Shown here in pieces: positions 20,083 to 29,119 of a stretch of DNA of 64,000 nt. How positions within the stretch are numbered: position 1 is the first letter of the stretch; the number at the start of each line of letters is the position of its first letter. A model generated the notes under the pieces. The model saw only the letters and a list, made by a program, of their open reading frames with translations. It had not been told where the DNA came from and did not search any database. The DNA is from an uncultured Chloroflexia bacterium (GTDB taxonomy: Bacteria; Chloroflexota; Ktedonobacteria; Ktedonobacterales; JADMIN01). Made by a program: the position numbers and the translations under genes. The stretch spans positions 728,600 through 792,599 of the forward strand of contig CAVQGK010000024.1 of assembly GCA_963712005.1 (NCBI GenBank), written 5' to 3'.

Positions 20083-20577
20083 TTAGTCGAGTCGGCCTTC
20101 ATTGGCAGCGCGCTGTTGTTGAGCATAGAGATTTGTCCACATCCAGGCGAGGCGCTCATAGCAGCCATCGTGGGTGCGATTGCCAGTTGGCGTCTGCCAT
20201 GCCCAGCCGCGAATCCGCTCGCCACAGACCTCGCATTTGAAGCGATAGAGACTCAGTTTCTGCTTCCGGCTGGAGTAAAAGCGATTCATCGTACGGGTAT
20301 AGGAGAGCAGCGGCACGCCATGCGATGTCACAGTGCTGGATACGCCGACCAGCGACTGCTCTCGCTGGAGCACCAGACCGCGTCCATCATCCTGCGCATA
20401 CATATCGTCATCATCATAGCCGTCATAGTCGCCATACTGGCCATAGTCGGCATTCGCATAGCCCTGCTCGCCATATCCATAGGACTCGCCGTTGCCGGTG
20501 TAACCTTCATCATCATCCCATTGCTGATACCGCTCACTGCGACCCCGCATCGCGCCTGCTCCTCTCGGCCACGCCAC
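20083..20577 (-). CDS. hypothetical protein: Asp/Tyr/Gly-rich acidic N-terminus plus C-terminal CxxC...HxxC module
   Basis: 164-aa ORF with the low-complexity stretch YGYGEQGYANADYGQYGDYDGYDDDDMY, then FKCEVCGERIRGW...THDGCYERL. Confidence 0.45.
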   Translation of the reverse strand: MAWPRGAGAMRGRSERYQQWDDDEGYTGNGESYGYGEQGYANADYGQYGDYDGYDDDDMYAQDDGRGLVLQREQSLVGVSSTVTSHGVPLLSYTRTMNRFYSSRKQKLSLYRFKCEVCGERIRGWAWQTPTGNRTHDGCYERLAWMWTNLYAQQQRAANEGRLD

Positions 20578-20826
20578 TCCGCCAGAATTCGCCCGAAACT
20601 TACCATGCGGCTGCTTCGAGAGCCAAGTATAGCACAGCCTCTCTCATCGTACTATCATGCTGGAACCATTGGGCCACGCCAGCAACGGTGCTACCGTCTC
20701 TCGGCCTGCCATCACGGCGTGGTAAAATCATGTCTGGCGTAAAGCCAGGACGAAAGCTGTTCAGCCTGTGCTCACTGCTGAGCCAGGAAACACTCACATG
20801 CGGCGAGACTCGATTCACAGGGCAGT

Positions 20827-21426
20827 ATGATCGAATCATTCAGGGCGCATATGCCTAGATCGTTCCCCACCGCTTCCCAGGCGTTACGCTACGGGATGCT
20901 GGCGTCGGCGCTGCTGGCCGTCGTGCTGGTGGTCGCCTTCCGTGCCACCGCGCCGTCGGCGACAGCCACGCAAAGGCACATCAATCAACCAGCTACGACG
21001 TTCACGTTGCCCGCCGAGCGGGCTGGCATCAAGCTGTCAGCGCCAGCCACCTTCGCGCCTGCTAACGGAAAGCCGACGTTGCTGGTCTTCTTCTACACAC
21101 TCTGCACGCACTGCTTGCTGCAGATGCAGTCCACTCACGCCGTCACCGCCGGATTCCCAGGGCTGCAAACCGTGTATATCGATTCGCCATCTGAACTGTC
21201 AAACCTGCCCGACCTGATGATGCAGCGCCTCGGCATCACCGATCCGGTGCTGCTCGATACCAATGGCCAGGTTGCCGCGCGCTACGGGATCGCCTACTAC
21301 CCTTCGCTAGTGCTAATCGACGGACGCGGCATCGTGCGCGCAATCTGGACCGGCGAGACTGACGCCGCGACACTCCATAACGGGATAGCGCGGGCGCTAG
21401 CGACAAATGGCAATGGGAATGGGTGA
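20827..21426 (+). CDS. TlpA/ResA-like thiol-disulfide oxidoreductase (thioredoxin fold), membrane-anchored
   Basis: N-terminal TM helix, LLVFFYTLCTHCLLQ (CxxC), and YYPSLVLIDGRG. Confidence 0.7.
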   Translation: MIESFRAHMPRSFPTASQALRYGMLASALLAVVLVVAFRATAPSATATQRHINQPATTFTLPAERAGIKLSAPATFAPANGKPTLLVFFYTLCTHCLLQMQSTHAVTAGFPGLQTVYIDSPSELSNLPDLMMQRLGITDPVLLDTNGQVAARYGIAYYPSLVLIDGRGIVRAIWTGETDAATLHNGIARALATNGNGNG

Positions 21427-22072
21427 CACCATGACGCCCATAACCGAGCCACGTCTGATACTGCTTCTCGGCGGCGCGCGGAGCGGCAAAAGCGCCTATG
21501 GTGAGACACTGGCAACGCAACTGGCAGGGGAGGCGCCCGTGCTGTATATCGCCACCGCGACCGTCAGCGACGACGAGATGCGCCAGCGTATCGCGCGACA
21601 TCAGGCGAGCCGCCCGGCGCACTGGCTCACCGTAGAGGAGCCACAAAACCCCGCCAACGCTCTACACGCTAGTCCCGCGTCCGTGGCGCTCCTCGACTGC
21701 GTGACCCTGCTCGTCGCCAATCTCCTGCTCGCCAACGCGGATGTCCACGACAGCTTCGACGAGACGAGCTTTGCGAATGGCGTGACAGAGGCAGTTGAGG
21801 CACTGGTGGACCGCGCCATCGGCGACCTGCTGGAGGCATGGCGCGCGCACTCGTCCACACTTATCCTCATCTCCAATGAGGTGGGCATGGGGATCGTGCC
21901 GCCCTACCCATTGGGGCGCATCTATCGCGACTGCCTCGGGCGCGTCAACACGCGGTTGGCCGCGGAGGCCGATATCGTCTTGCTGATGGTCGCCGGTCTT
22001 CCGATTGAGCTCAAGGCGCTGGCGGACGCCTGGCAGCGCGAGGCAACCAGACGCTTCGGCACGCAAGGCTAG
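21407..22072 (+). CDS. cobU: adenosylcobinamide kinase / adenosylcobinamide-phosphate guanylyltransferase
   Basis: P-loop LLGGARSGKSAYGE, YIATA...DDEMRQRIARHQ, ISNEVGMGIVP. The start may be the ATG at 21431. Confidence 0.85.
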   Translation: MAMGMGDTMTPITEPRLILLLGGARSGKSAYGETLATQLAGEAPVLYIATATVSDDEMRQRIARHQASRPAHWLTVEEPQNPANALHASPASVALLDCVTLLVANLLLANADVHDSFDETSFANGVTEAVEALVDRAIGDLLEAWRAHSSTLILISNEVGMGIVPPYPLGRIYRDCLGRVNTRLAAEADIVLLMVAGLPIELKALADAWQREATRRFGTQG

Positions 22073-22087
22073 CGCCACCCGATGTCG

Positions 22088-23563
22088 CTAGGTGTTGAGC
22101 GGGCTTGCGGTATAATACTGGGCCAGCCACTGCCCCGCTAGCTTGCTATCCTTCAGCGTATCGCCGCCCCAATAGCTACTCGACGCCCAGTCGCTCCGGG
22201 CGCTTCGTGCGGCGAGCGGTTGGTCGGAATACCACATGACACCCTGCCAGAAAGGCGCGGCGGAGAAGACCTGGAACAGCGCCTGGAAGTCGTTCAACTG
22301 TTCATTCTGGTCAGGGCTATCCGGTGACGCGCCGAGTGGGTCGCCGTTTGCGCCCGCCGCGCTGACGTAGCCCGCCCCGGTGAAGAGAATCGGGCGGCTG
22401 AACGTCGAAGCGAGTTTTTCCAGCTTGCCGTAGATATCGCCATTGCCCTGAAGATCAAGCCCCTTGCCGTGCCACGCGTTCACCAGGTCAGGCACGCCGA
22501 CGTCGGCATTCTGCGTCAGCGGGAAGTAGGCGTCAACGCCGATATAATCCACCGCATCCCACCAGGTGATATTGTCAAACTCGCTGCTCGTGGCGCCTTC
22601 AGAGGCTCCGCCCCACGATGCGGCATAGATCAACTTGCCTGTGTACCCACCGCCCGTCAGCGTCTGCTGATGGTTGGTGAAGGGCGCATAGGTGGGCGAA
22701 CGCAGCGCATGGATCACGTGCCGCCAGCCGCAGTCGCGCCGACCCGAACAATTGGGAAACGACTCGCCCGGCACGCCAGTGTCGATACCTTTGGGGTCAG
22801 CCTTGGCCGTGGTGCGCGCGGTATCCTCCGCGGTGTTGGTCAGTTGGTCGCCGATGATGAAGTACGGCAGATGGTTCTGTTCGGAGAGCTGCGCGAAATG
22901 CACCGCAAACTGGGTATAGTTATCGAACCACTTGTGCTCCAGCACCCCGATTGGATCCTTCTCGCCATAGATGCTGAAGTTCGAGGTCAGATTTGACCAT
23001 GCCACCCCAACCAGCTGGCTCGTCTCGTTGACGCCACTCAACTGGTCCTGCTGACGGACCTGAAGCTCCAGAATAGGCGTCAGACCCGCCTTCTTCGCAT
23101 CACTGATCGCGCGGAGATAGATGCTGTCGTCAAAGGTATCCTTATCGCCCGTGTCCTTCGGGTGCCACGCAATCGCGCTCCCGCTACGGACTGGCATATC
23201 GGCCACTACTGGGATAATGACACTGTTCATGTGGTAGGTCTTCGCCTCGAACGTCATATTATCCAGCGAAGCCGACGTGTCGTAGCCACCTCCCGACTGG
23301 CGGCGCGTCCACATCATGGTAAAACCCTGAAAGGGCGCGCTGTTGCTCGCCTGCCCGTTCGGTGAGTTGCCCGTCTGCGCCAGCATCCCCGGCGCCAGAA
23401 ACAGGATGTGCGGCAGAACAAACTGGCCGCCTGCCAGCAGTACCACCAGTAGCGGGATAGCCACTACAGCGCCCATGCTCAGCGCCCGTCGTCCTGGCGG
23501 CCGGCGTCCCGGCGCTGGGAGCGGCGACGTGCCGGGGAGCAACGGGGAAGGCGAGAGTGGCAT
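22088..23563 (-). CDS. membrane-anchored putative glycoside hydrolase (TIM-barrel-like)
   Basis: N-terminal Pro-rich segment plus a TM helix. Motifs YFIIGDQL, WWDAVDYIGVDAYFPL and ILFTGAGY suggest a GH5/GH113-like barrel. The family is not resolved by eye. Confidence 0.5.
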   Translation of the reverse strand: MPLSPSPLLPGTSPLPAPGRRPPGRRALSMGAVVAIPLLVVLLAGGQFVLPHILFLAPGMLAQTGNSPNGQASNSAPFQGFTMMWTRRQSGGGYDTSASLDNMTFEAKTYHMNSVIIPVVADMPVRSGSAIAWHPKDTGDKDTFDDSIYLRAISDAKKAGLTPILELQVRQQDQLSGVNETSQLVGVAWSNLTSNFSIYGEKDPIGVLEHKWFDNYTQFAVHFAQLSEQNHLPYFIIGDQLTNTAEDTARTTAKADPKGIDTGVPGESFPNCSGRRDCGWRHVIHALRSPTYAPFTNHQQTLTGGGYTGKLIYAASWGGASEGATSSEFDNITWWDAVDYIGVDAYFPLTQNADVGVPDLVNAWHGKGLDLQGNGDIYGKLEKLASTFSRPILFTGAGYVSAAGANGDPLGASPDSPDQNEQLNDFQALFQVFSAAPFWQGVMWYSDQPLAARSARSDWASSSYWGGDTLKDSKLAGQWLAQYYTASPLNT

Positions 23564-23575
23564 CTGCTAGTCCTC

Positions 23576-24541
23576 CTAGGCCGGGAACGCAAGCTTGCGA
23601 TACTTCTCGGCAATCTCATACCAGGCTTCTTCCGATAAGCCCAGCTTTTCACGCAGCTCATCCATCGAAACACCCGCGCGCAACTGGCGCACCGCGAAGA
23701 TATCGCGCAGCAGTTGCAGGGTCACGCGCTTATCGAGGTTGGCGCGCTTGACGGCGGCGGCGAGCACATAGTTCATGTTGCGATCCGTACACTCGAAGAG
23801 GCGCTCGCGTGGCTGGTAACGCTCAACATAGCGCTCAAAGACATCCGTCCACTCCGCTGGCAGGGCCATACGCCGCTCGCGCCGCCGCTTCGCCTGGCCA
23901 GGGAAATGCACTTCGAGCGCGGGTTCCTCCGGGTCCGAGAGGTCCACATGGCGCAATGCGACCGCCATCAACTCCTCTTTCTTCAGCCCAGTCGCCAGCA
24001 GCGTCATCACCAGCAACTGACAGCGCGGGTCCGCCTCGGCGGCCTGCTCCAGCCGGGCTATCTCATCCTCGAAGAGCAGTTCTGGAAGCGGCGGCGCTGG
24101 ACGAGTCAGCACGATACGCTGCGAAGGGTCATCCGCGAGCACCTGCTCCTTCGCCAGCCAGCCGAAAAAATTCTTCAGGAAGGTCGCGCGCCGCGCCATC
24201 GTCTTCGGCGCCGGTTGTGTAGCGCGATCCCAGCGCAAATGGCCGAGCCAGCCCGCCAGCGACTCCTGCGTGATCGTGCGCAATGGTGTCTCGCGCCCCA
24301 GAAACTCAGTCAACAGGCGCAAATCCGAGAGAAAGCAGGTGATCGTATACACCGAGTGGTCAGTGCGGCGCAGATACTCCTGATACGGCAACGCGCACGC
24401 GCCCAACACCGATGTTGCGGAGAGCGTGGGAACGACCACCACAGGCTCTGGCTTCGGGCTGGCCACCGACGCGGCGGCGTCGGGGAAGAACAGGCTGGGC
24501 TGCTCCACCGAGTCATCAGATGTTTTGTCTGTGTCGGGCAT
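23576..24541 (-). CDS. tyrosine-recombinase-like protein with degenerate catalytic residues
   Basis: SAM-like N-terminal domain (TITCFLSDLRLLTEFL) and integrase-fold C-terminus. Box I reads ATGLKKEEL (R to K). Box II reads LQLLRDIFAV instead of HxLRHTFA. ATG at 24541; the upstream part of ORF 23576..24937 looks non-coding. Confidence 0.6.
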   Translation of the reverse strand: MPDTDKTSDDSVEQPSLFFPDAAASVASPKPEPVVVVPTLSATSVLGACALPYQEYLRRTDHSVYTITCFLSDLRLLTEFLGRETPLRTITQESLAGWLGHLRWDRATQPAPKTMARRATFLKNFFGWLAKEQVLADDPSQRIVLTRPAPPLPELLFEDEIARLEQAAEADPRCQLLVMTLLATGLKKEELMAVALRHVDLSDPEEPALEVHFPGQAKRRRERRMALPAEWTDVFERYVERYQPRERLFECTDRNMNYVLAAAVKRANLDKRVTLQLLRDIFAVRQLRAGVSMDELREKLGLSEEAWYEIAEKYRKLAFPA

Positions 24542-24761
24542 AGCTGGCCTCGCGTTGATGTATCCCGGAAAAATTGGACTCCCGCGCCCCAGTATGGCCC
24601 ATTCGGGCGCTGTTTGCAAGCCAACGGGACCCGCCATAGGATATACTGGCCGTTGCGCCGCCCGGCAGCATCCGCCTGGCCGGATGGGGTCGCCGTAAAG
24701 TATGTTCGACATCGGTTGCACATGAGTTGTCATCACGATACACGATAGAGGAGCGTACTCT

Positions 24762-27073
24762 GTGTCTGACACGACCGCCGCTTCCGGCGATTTTCTCTCG
24801 CTTGACGAGCTCCAGTTTCCCGAGACACTAGAGTCTACCGAGGTGGCGCGCGTCGTCGCCGTTGAACTGAAACTGAGGCCGACGCAGACACTCGCGACTC
24901 TCACCCTGCTCGACGACGGCAACACCGTCCCATTCATTGCGCGCTACCGCAAGGAAGCGACGGGCAATCTCGACGAGGTGCAGATTCAGGCCATCGGCGA
25001 CCGCGCCGCTGCGTTGCGTGCGCTCCATGCGCGCAAACACGATGTGCTGCGCCTCATCGCCGAGCAGGGGAAGCTCACCCGCGAGTTGGCCGACGCCACC
25101 ATCGCCGCCGCCACGCTGCAAGCCGTGGAAGACCTCTATTTGCCATATCGCCAGAAGCGAAAGACGCGCGCCAGCATGGCACGCGAGCGCGGATTGCAGC
25201 CGCTCGCCGACCTGATTCTGCGGCAGGAGCGCATTCCCGGCCCGGCAGAGCAGGCGCGCATCGCCGCGGCAGAGCCGTTCGTGGATGCCGAGAAAGGGGT
25301 GGATGATGTCGCGTCAGCCCTGGCTGGGGCGCGCGATATCTGCGCCGAGACGATCATGGAGGATGCGACGGTACGCGGCGAGGTGCGCGACACAGTTCTT
25401 CAAAGAGGGTGCGCTGGGGGCGAAACTCACCGTGGATGCGGAGAAAGCGGCGGAGAAAGACCCGCGCGGCGTCTACCGCATGTACTACGAGTTTCACGAG
25501 CCGGTTCCGCGTTTGGTCCCGCACCGCATTCTCGCGCTCAATCGCGCCGAGCGTGAAGATGTGCTGCGCGTCTCGGTGGATGTGCCATTCGAGCGCGCCG
25601 AGCCACTGATTCACAACCACTACCAGCCCGACCGGCGCTCGCCCTTCGCCGAAGAGTTGGAGACCGCCATCAGTGACGGCTACCGCCGCCTGCTCGCGCC
25701 CGCGCTCGAACGTGAGGTGCGCGCCGAGTTGACGCGCCAGGCCGAAGAACACGCCATCGGCGTTTTCGCGACCAATCTGCGTAACTTGCTCTTGCAGCCG
25801 CCGCTCCGTGGCGAGCGTGTGCTCGGCCTCGACCCTGGTTTCCGCACCGGCTGTAAGGTGGCCGTGGTAGACGAAACCGGCAAGCCCATCGACTCCACCA
25901 CCATCTATCCCCACGCGCCCCAGGAGCGCTGGAGCGAGGCGAAGGCGATCCTCAAGGCGCTGATCGCCACCCATCGCGTCGGCGTGATTGCCATTGGCAA
26001 CGGCACCGCCTCGCGCGAGACCGAGCAGCTCGCCGCCGAGGTGATTGCTGAGCTGGAGAAGCTGGGCACGCCCACTGGCTCGCTGGGCTATGTCATGGTC
26101 AACGAGGCGGGCGCATCGGTCTATTCGGCATCCGAGGTGGCCCGGCAGGAGTTTCCCACGAAAGACGCCACCGAACGCGGTACCATCTCGATTGCGCGGC
26201 GGCTGCAAGACCCACTGGCCGAGCTGGTGAAGATCGATCCCAAGGCGATTGGCGTTGGCCTGTATCAGCATGATGTGGATCAGCGCGCGCTGGCGACCGC
26301 CCTGGACCGTATCGTGGACTCCTGCGTGAACTTCGCCGGTGTGGATCTCAACTCCGCCTCCTCGCAACTGCTGCGCCACGTCTCTGGCATCACGACACGC
26401 ATCGCCGACAACATCGTCGCCTGGCGCGCCGAACACGGCTCATTTGCCAGCCGCCAGCAACTGCTCAAGGTCTCTGGCCTCGGTCCCGCCACCTTCGTCC
26501 AGGCGGCAGGCTTCCTGAAGGTACCTGGGGGCAAGGAGCCGCTCGACAACACCTTTATTCACCCCGAGAGCTACGACGCCACGCGCGCAGTGCTGAAGAC
26601 GCTGCCGGGATCGACCACTGAGCGCGCCAGTCGGCCGGGTGCGCGCGTGGCGGATGCTGATCGGCATGAACTCGCGAGGCGCGGGCGCGCAGGCGGCCAT
26701 CGCAGCGCTGGCAGGCGAGGTCAACGTCGGCGTCCCAACGCTGGCCGACATCCTAGAAAACCTGGAAAAGCCGGGACTCGACCCGCGCGATAGCCTGCCG
26801 AAACCGATTCTGCGCCAGGACGTGCTGAAGCTGGAAGACCTGAAAGAGGGGATGGTGCTGCAAGGCACGGTGCGCAATGTCGTCGACTTCGGCGCGTTTG
26901 TGGATATTGGCGTCAAGCAGGATGGCCTCGTGCATGTCTCGGAGATGGCCGACCGCTTTGTCCGCGATCCTCTGACCGTAGTACAGGTTGGGCAGGTCGT
27001 GCAGGTGCGCGTGCTCGCAGTGGATATTGGGCGCGGGCGCGTCCAGTTGAGTATGCGCAATGTTGAAGGCTGA
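24762..27073 (+). pseudogene. tex: Tex (S1-domain transcription accessory protein), 2 frameshifts
   Basis: Three collinear ORFs: 24762..25556 (VPFIARYRKEATGNLDEVQI), 25285..26793 (YqgF/HhH region: GLDPGFRTGCKVAVVD, IAIGNGTASRETE) and 26639..27073 (S1 domain: GTVRNVVDFGAFVDIGVKQDGLVHVSE). The frames switch near 25385-25400 and near 26640-26690. Confidence 0.85.
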
Positions 27074-27183
27074 GGTACTCCAGAATACGCAGCACGGCGT
27101 ATTGACAACATGAGCAACCAGCGGGACAATGCCTGCGCGCATACAGCGCCCATGAGGGTATCTATATCGGGGGGAGAGCGGTC

Positions 27184-28554
27184 TTGGAGAGGTCTGTCTG
27201 GAAGCGCAAAGTCAACATTTTCCTGTTATTCATCCCGCTAGTCATCTTCAGCGCATGGATTGAGGAGCACCTGCTACATGAGGCGCTGGCGGGGCTGGAA
27301 GAACAGCAGCGCGTTCTGCTCGTCGGCGGCGTGATTTTTGTAATTGCCGCGCTCTCGTTGATTCCGCTGGCGGGCTTTCTCGAAAGCGCCGTCGAAGAAC
27401 TGGCCGAATTGCTGGGCGAGTTCCTCGGCGGCCTGCTCCACACCACTGCCAGTAACGTGGCCGAGCTTGCGCTGGCGCTCTCGGTGCTCACATCGTTCGC
27501 GGGCTCGGGCGGCTCCGAGATCGTGCTTAGCTCGGTGGCGGGCGTTATCGTGCGCAATGCGCTGCTATTCCTCGGCATCGCCACCCTGCTCGGCTGTTGG
27601 CGCAATGGCAAGATGCATTTCAGCCCGGAGGCCGCTGGCGAATACTCGACCGTGTTTGCCCTGGCCGTTATCGGACTCTCACTGCCGACGCTGGCCGCGG
27701 TCATCCGAAGCGCCAGCGCAGGCGCGGAGGGCGCCGCTGGTGGGGAATCGGCAGGCGGGGATCTGCTGGTCTTTGGCCATGTGCCATTCGCCGTCTGCAT
27801 TGCCGTCGTGCTGCTGGTGAGCTATGTGGCGTACCTCGTCTTTGTCGTCTTCAGGCCGCGCACCGGCTACAACATGGCAGGCGCGCGCGGGAAGACCGCT
27901 GCCGCCGAGGACGCAGCCGCTGGGGACTCATCGATTCTGGTGGCGCCTGACACGCAGGCGCTGTTTGAAACAGAACGCGCCAGCGCTGAAAGCAAACTCT
28001 CGGCGCGGGCTCAGTTGGCAGCAGAAAAGCGCGCGGCGCGCGAAGAGTCGGGGGAACAGCGATTCCTGGGCGAGCACAAAATCGCGCGCGGACTGCTTGC
28101 GGTGCTCATTCTTGGTGTGGCGGCCGCGGGCGTGGTCGTCATGTCGGAGCATTTCGCCGATTCGGTCAAAGAGATGGTCGAGACCAACGCCGCGCTGCAC
28201 GATTACGAGTTCTTCCTCGGCCTGATTCTGATTCCAGTGCTGGCAGGCGTCGTGGAGCTTTACGGATCGGTGGGGATGGCGCGCCGCAAGAAGATGGACA
28301 TCACGATGGCCATCACGGCGGGCGCATCGATCCAGATGATTCTACTGGTGGTGCCGATTCTCGTCCTGGTCGGCTGGCTGACCGGCCATCCGCTCGGCCT
28401 CGTCTTCACGCCACTGAACGTCATCGTCTTTGGCGCTTCGACCTTTGCCTTCATGCTGCTCAGTCGCGACGGTGAATCGACGATGCTGGAAGGCGTGCAA
28501 CTGGTGGCGCTCTGGCTGCTGCTGGCAGTCGTCGCACTGTTCCTGCACCCGTGA
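27184..28554 (+). CDS. Ca2+/cation:H+ exchanger (CaCA/CAX family) with a long central hydrophilic loop
   Basis: Two alpha-repeat-like segments (TASNVAELALALSVL; GSVGMARRKKMDITMAITAGASIQMILLVVPILV) and about 10-11 TM helices. Confidence 0.65.
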   Translation: MERSVWKRKVNIFLLFIPLVIFSAWIEEHLLHEALAGLEEQQRVLLVGGVIFVIAALSLIPLAGFLESAVEELAELLGEFLGGLLHTTASNVAELALALSVLTSFAGSGGSEIVLSSVAGVIVRNALLFLGIATLLGCWRNGKMHFSPEAAGEYSTVFALAVIGLSLPTLAAVIRSASAGAEGAAGGESAGGDLLVFGHVPFAVCIAVVLLVSYVAYLVFVVFRPRTGYNMAGARGKTAAAEDAAAGDSSILVAPDTQALFETERASAESKLSARAQLAAEKRAAREESGEQRFLGEHKIARGLLAVLILGVAAAGVVVMSEHFADSVKEMVETNAALHDYEFFLGLILIPVLAGVVELYGSVGMARRKKMDITMAITAGASIQMILLVVPILVLVGWLTGHPLGLVFTPLNVIVFGASTFAFMLLSRDGESTMLEGVQLVALWLLLAVVALFLHP

Positions 28555-28569
28555 CCATGCCGACACCGG

Positions 28570-28599
28570 TTGACATCAGCAGCGGACACCGCGTAGACT
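28570..28599 (+). promoter_or_regulatory. sigma-70-type promoter for the T-box leader
   Basis: TTGACA (28570-28575), an 18-nt spacer, then TAGACT (28594-28599). Confidence 0.55.
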
Positions 28600-28605
28600 G
28601 ATGGT

Positions 28606-28965
28606 ACCAATTAAAAAGAGTTCGTCGTGAGGGACGAGTATCCGTGCTACGGCGAGACAGCGAGCCGGGGTAGGTGTAAGCCCGGCAGGCTGGCGCGCGG
28701 AGAAGCCACCCTCAGGCCTAGCGGTGCAATCGCCGCCCGGCCGCGACGCGGGACGAACGCCCACCGTGGCCAGTAGCACCCGCCGGTAGCTCCCCGTTAC
28801 CTAAGAGCAGGGCATCGAGCCATCCGCTCCGTGCCCGGAAAGAGTGGAGAGCAACAGTTGCGCGCTAGCCATGCGCACGCACCGTAGTTCTCAAGCAGGG
28901 TGGTACCACGGGAACCGACTTTTTCGCTCCCGCCCCGAGCAAGGCGCTCGCGGCGGGTGTTTTTT
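28606..28965 (+). promoter_or_regulatory. T-box leader (tRNA-sensing riboswitch), Ala GCC specifier
   Basis: Stem I base TGAGGG 28628-33 pairs with CCCTCA 28709-14. AGTA lies on the 5' side (28637-40). The distal hairpin is GCCGGG-gtaggtgtaag-CCCGGC. The specifier loop reads GAA-GCC-A (GCC at 28705-07). F-box CCGTTA is at 28794-99. The T-box sequence AAGCAGGGTGGTACCACGG is at 28892-28910, with UGGU matching an A73 discriminator. A terminator hairpin plus T7 follows. Confidence 0.85.
28928..28965 (+). terminator. T-box attenuator terminator
   Basis: CCCGCC-CCGAGC, loop, GCTCG-C-GGCGGG, followed by TGTTTTTTT. Confidence 0.8.
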
Positions 28966-29119
28966 TATCTCTGGCCGCATAAGCAATATCTGGCAGCGAG
29001 CGCCCCAGCCTCGCACACTGCGCCTTTCCTGTTGGCAGCCAGTCCGGCGTTTCCCGCCGGACGACGAACTCTGCCCATTTTCATCGCCTGGGTTGGCCCC
29101 AGGGAAGGAGAGCAGTCGC

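Noticed and set aside
24542-24937. The N-terminal 130-aa extension of the integrase-like ORF
   Set aside because: It has no homology or signal. An internal ATG at 24541 gives a typical ~320-aa recombinase. The extension would also overlap the tex promoter region.
28644-28778. An alternative T-box Stem I built on the GTGCTAC/GTAGCAC pairing, with the specifier on the far side (CGC or GCA)
   Set aside because: The TGAGGG/CCCTCA model gives the canonical layout: 5' AGUA, a distal hairpin, and a 3' GAA-codon-purine directly abutting the closing helix. It yields GCC (Ala), which matches the downstream AlaRS.
28844-29119. The 5' extension of the AlaRS ORF (92 extra codons in the track)
   Set aside because: It overlaps the T-box sequence and the T7 terminator. 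A good SD (GGAAGGAG) and an ATG sit at 29120, exactly where AlaRS homology begins.
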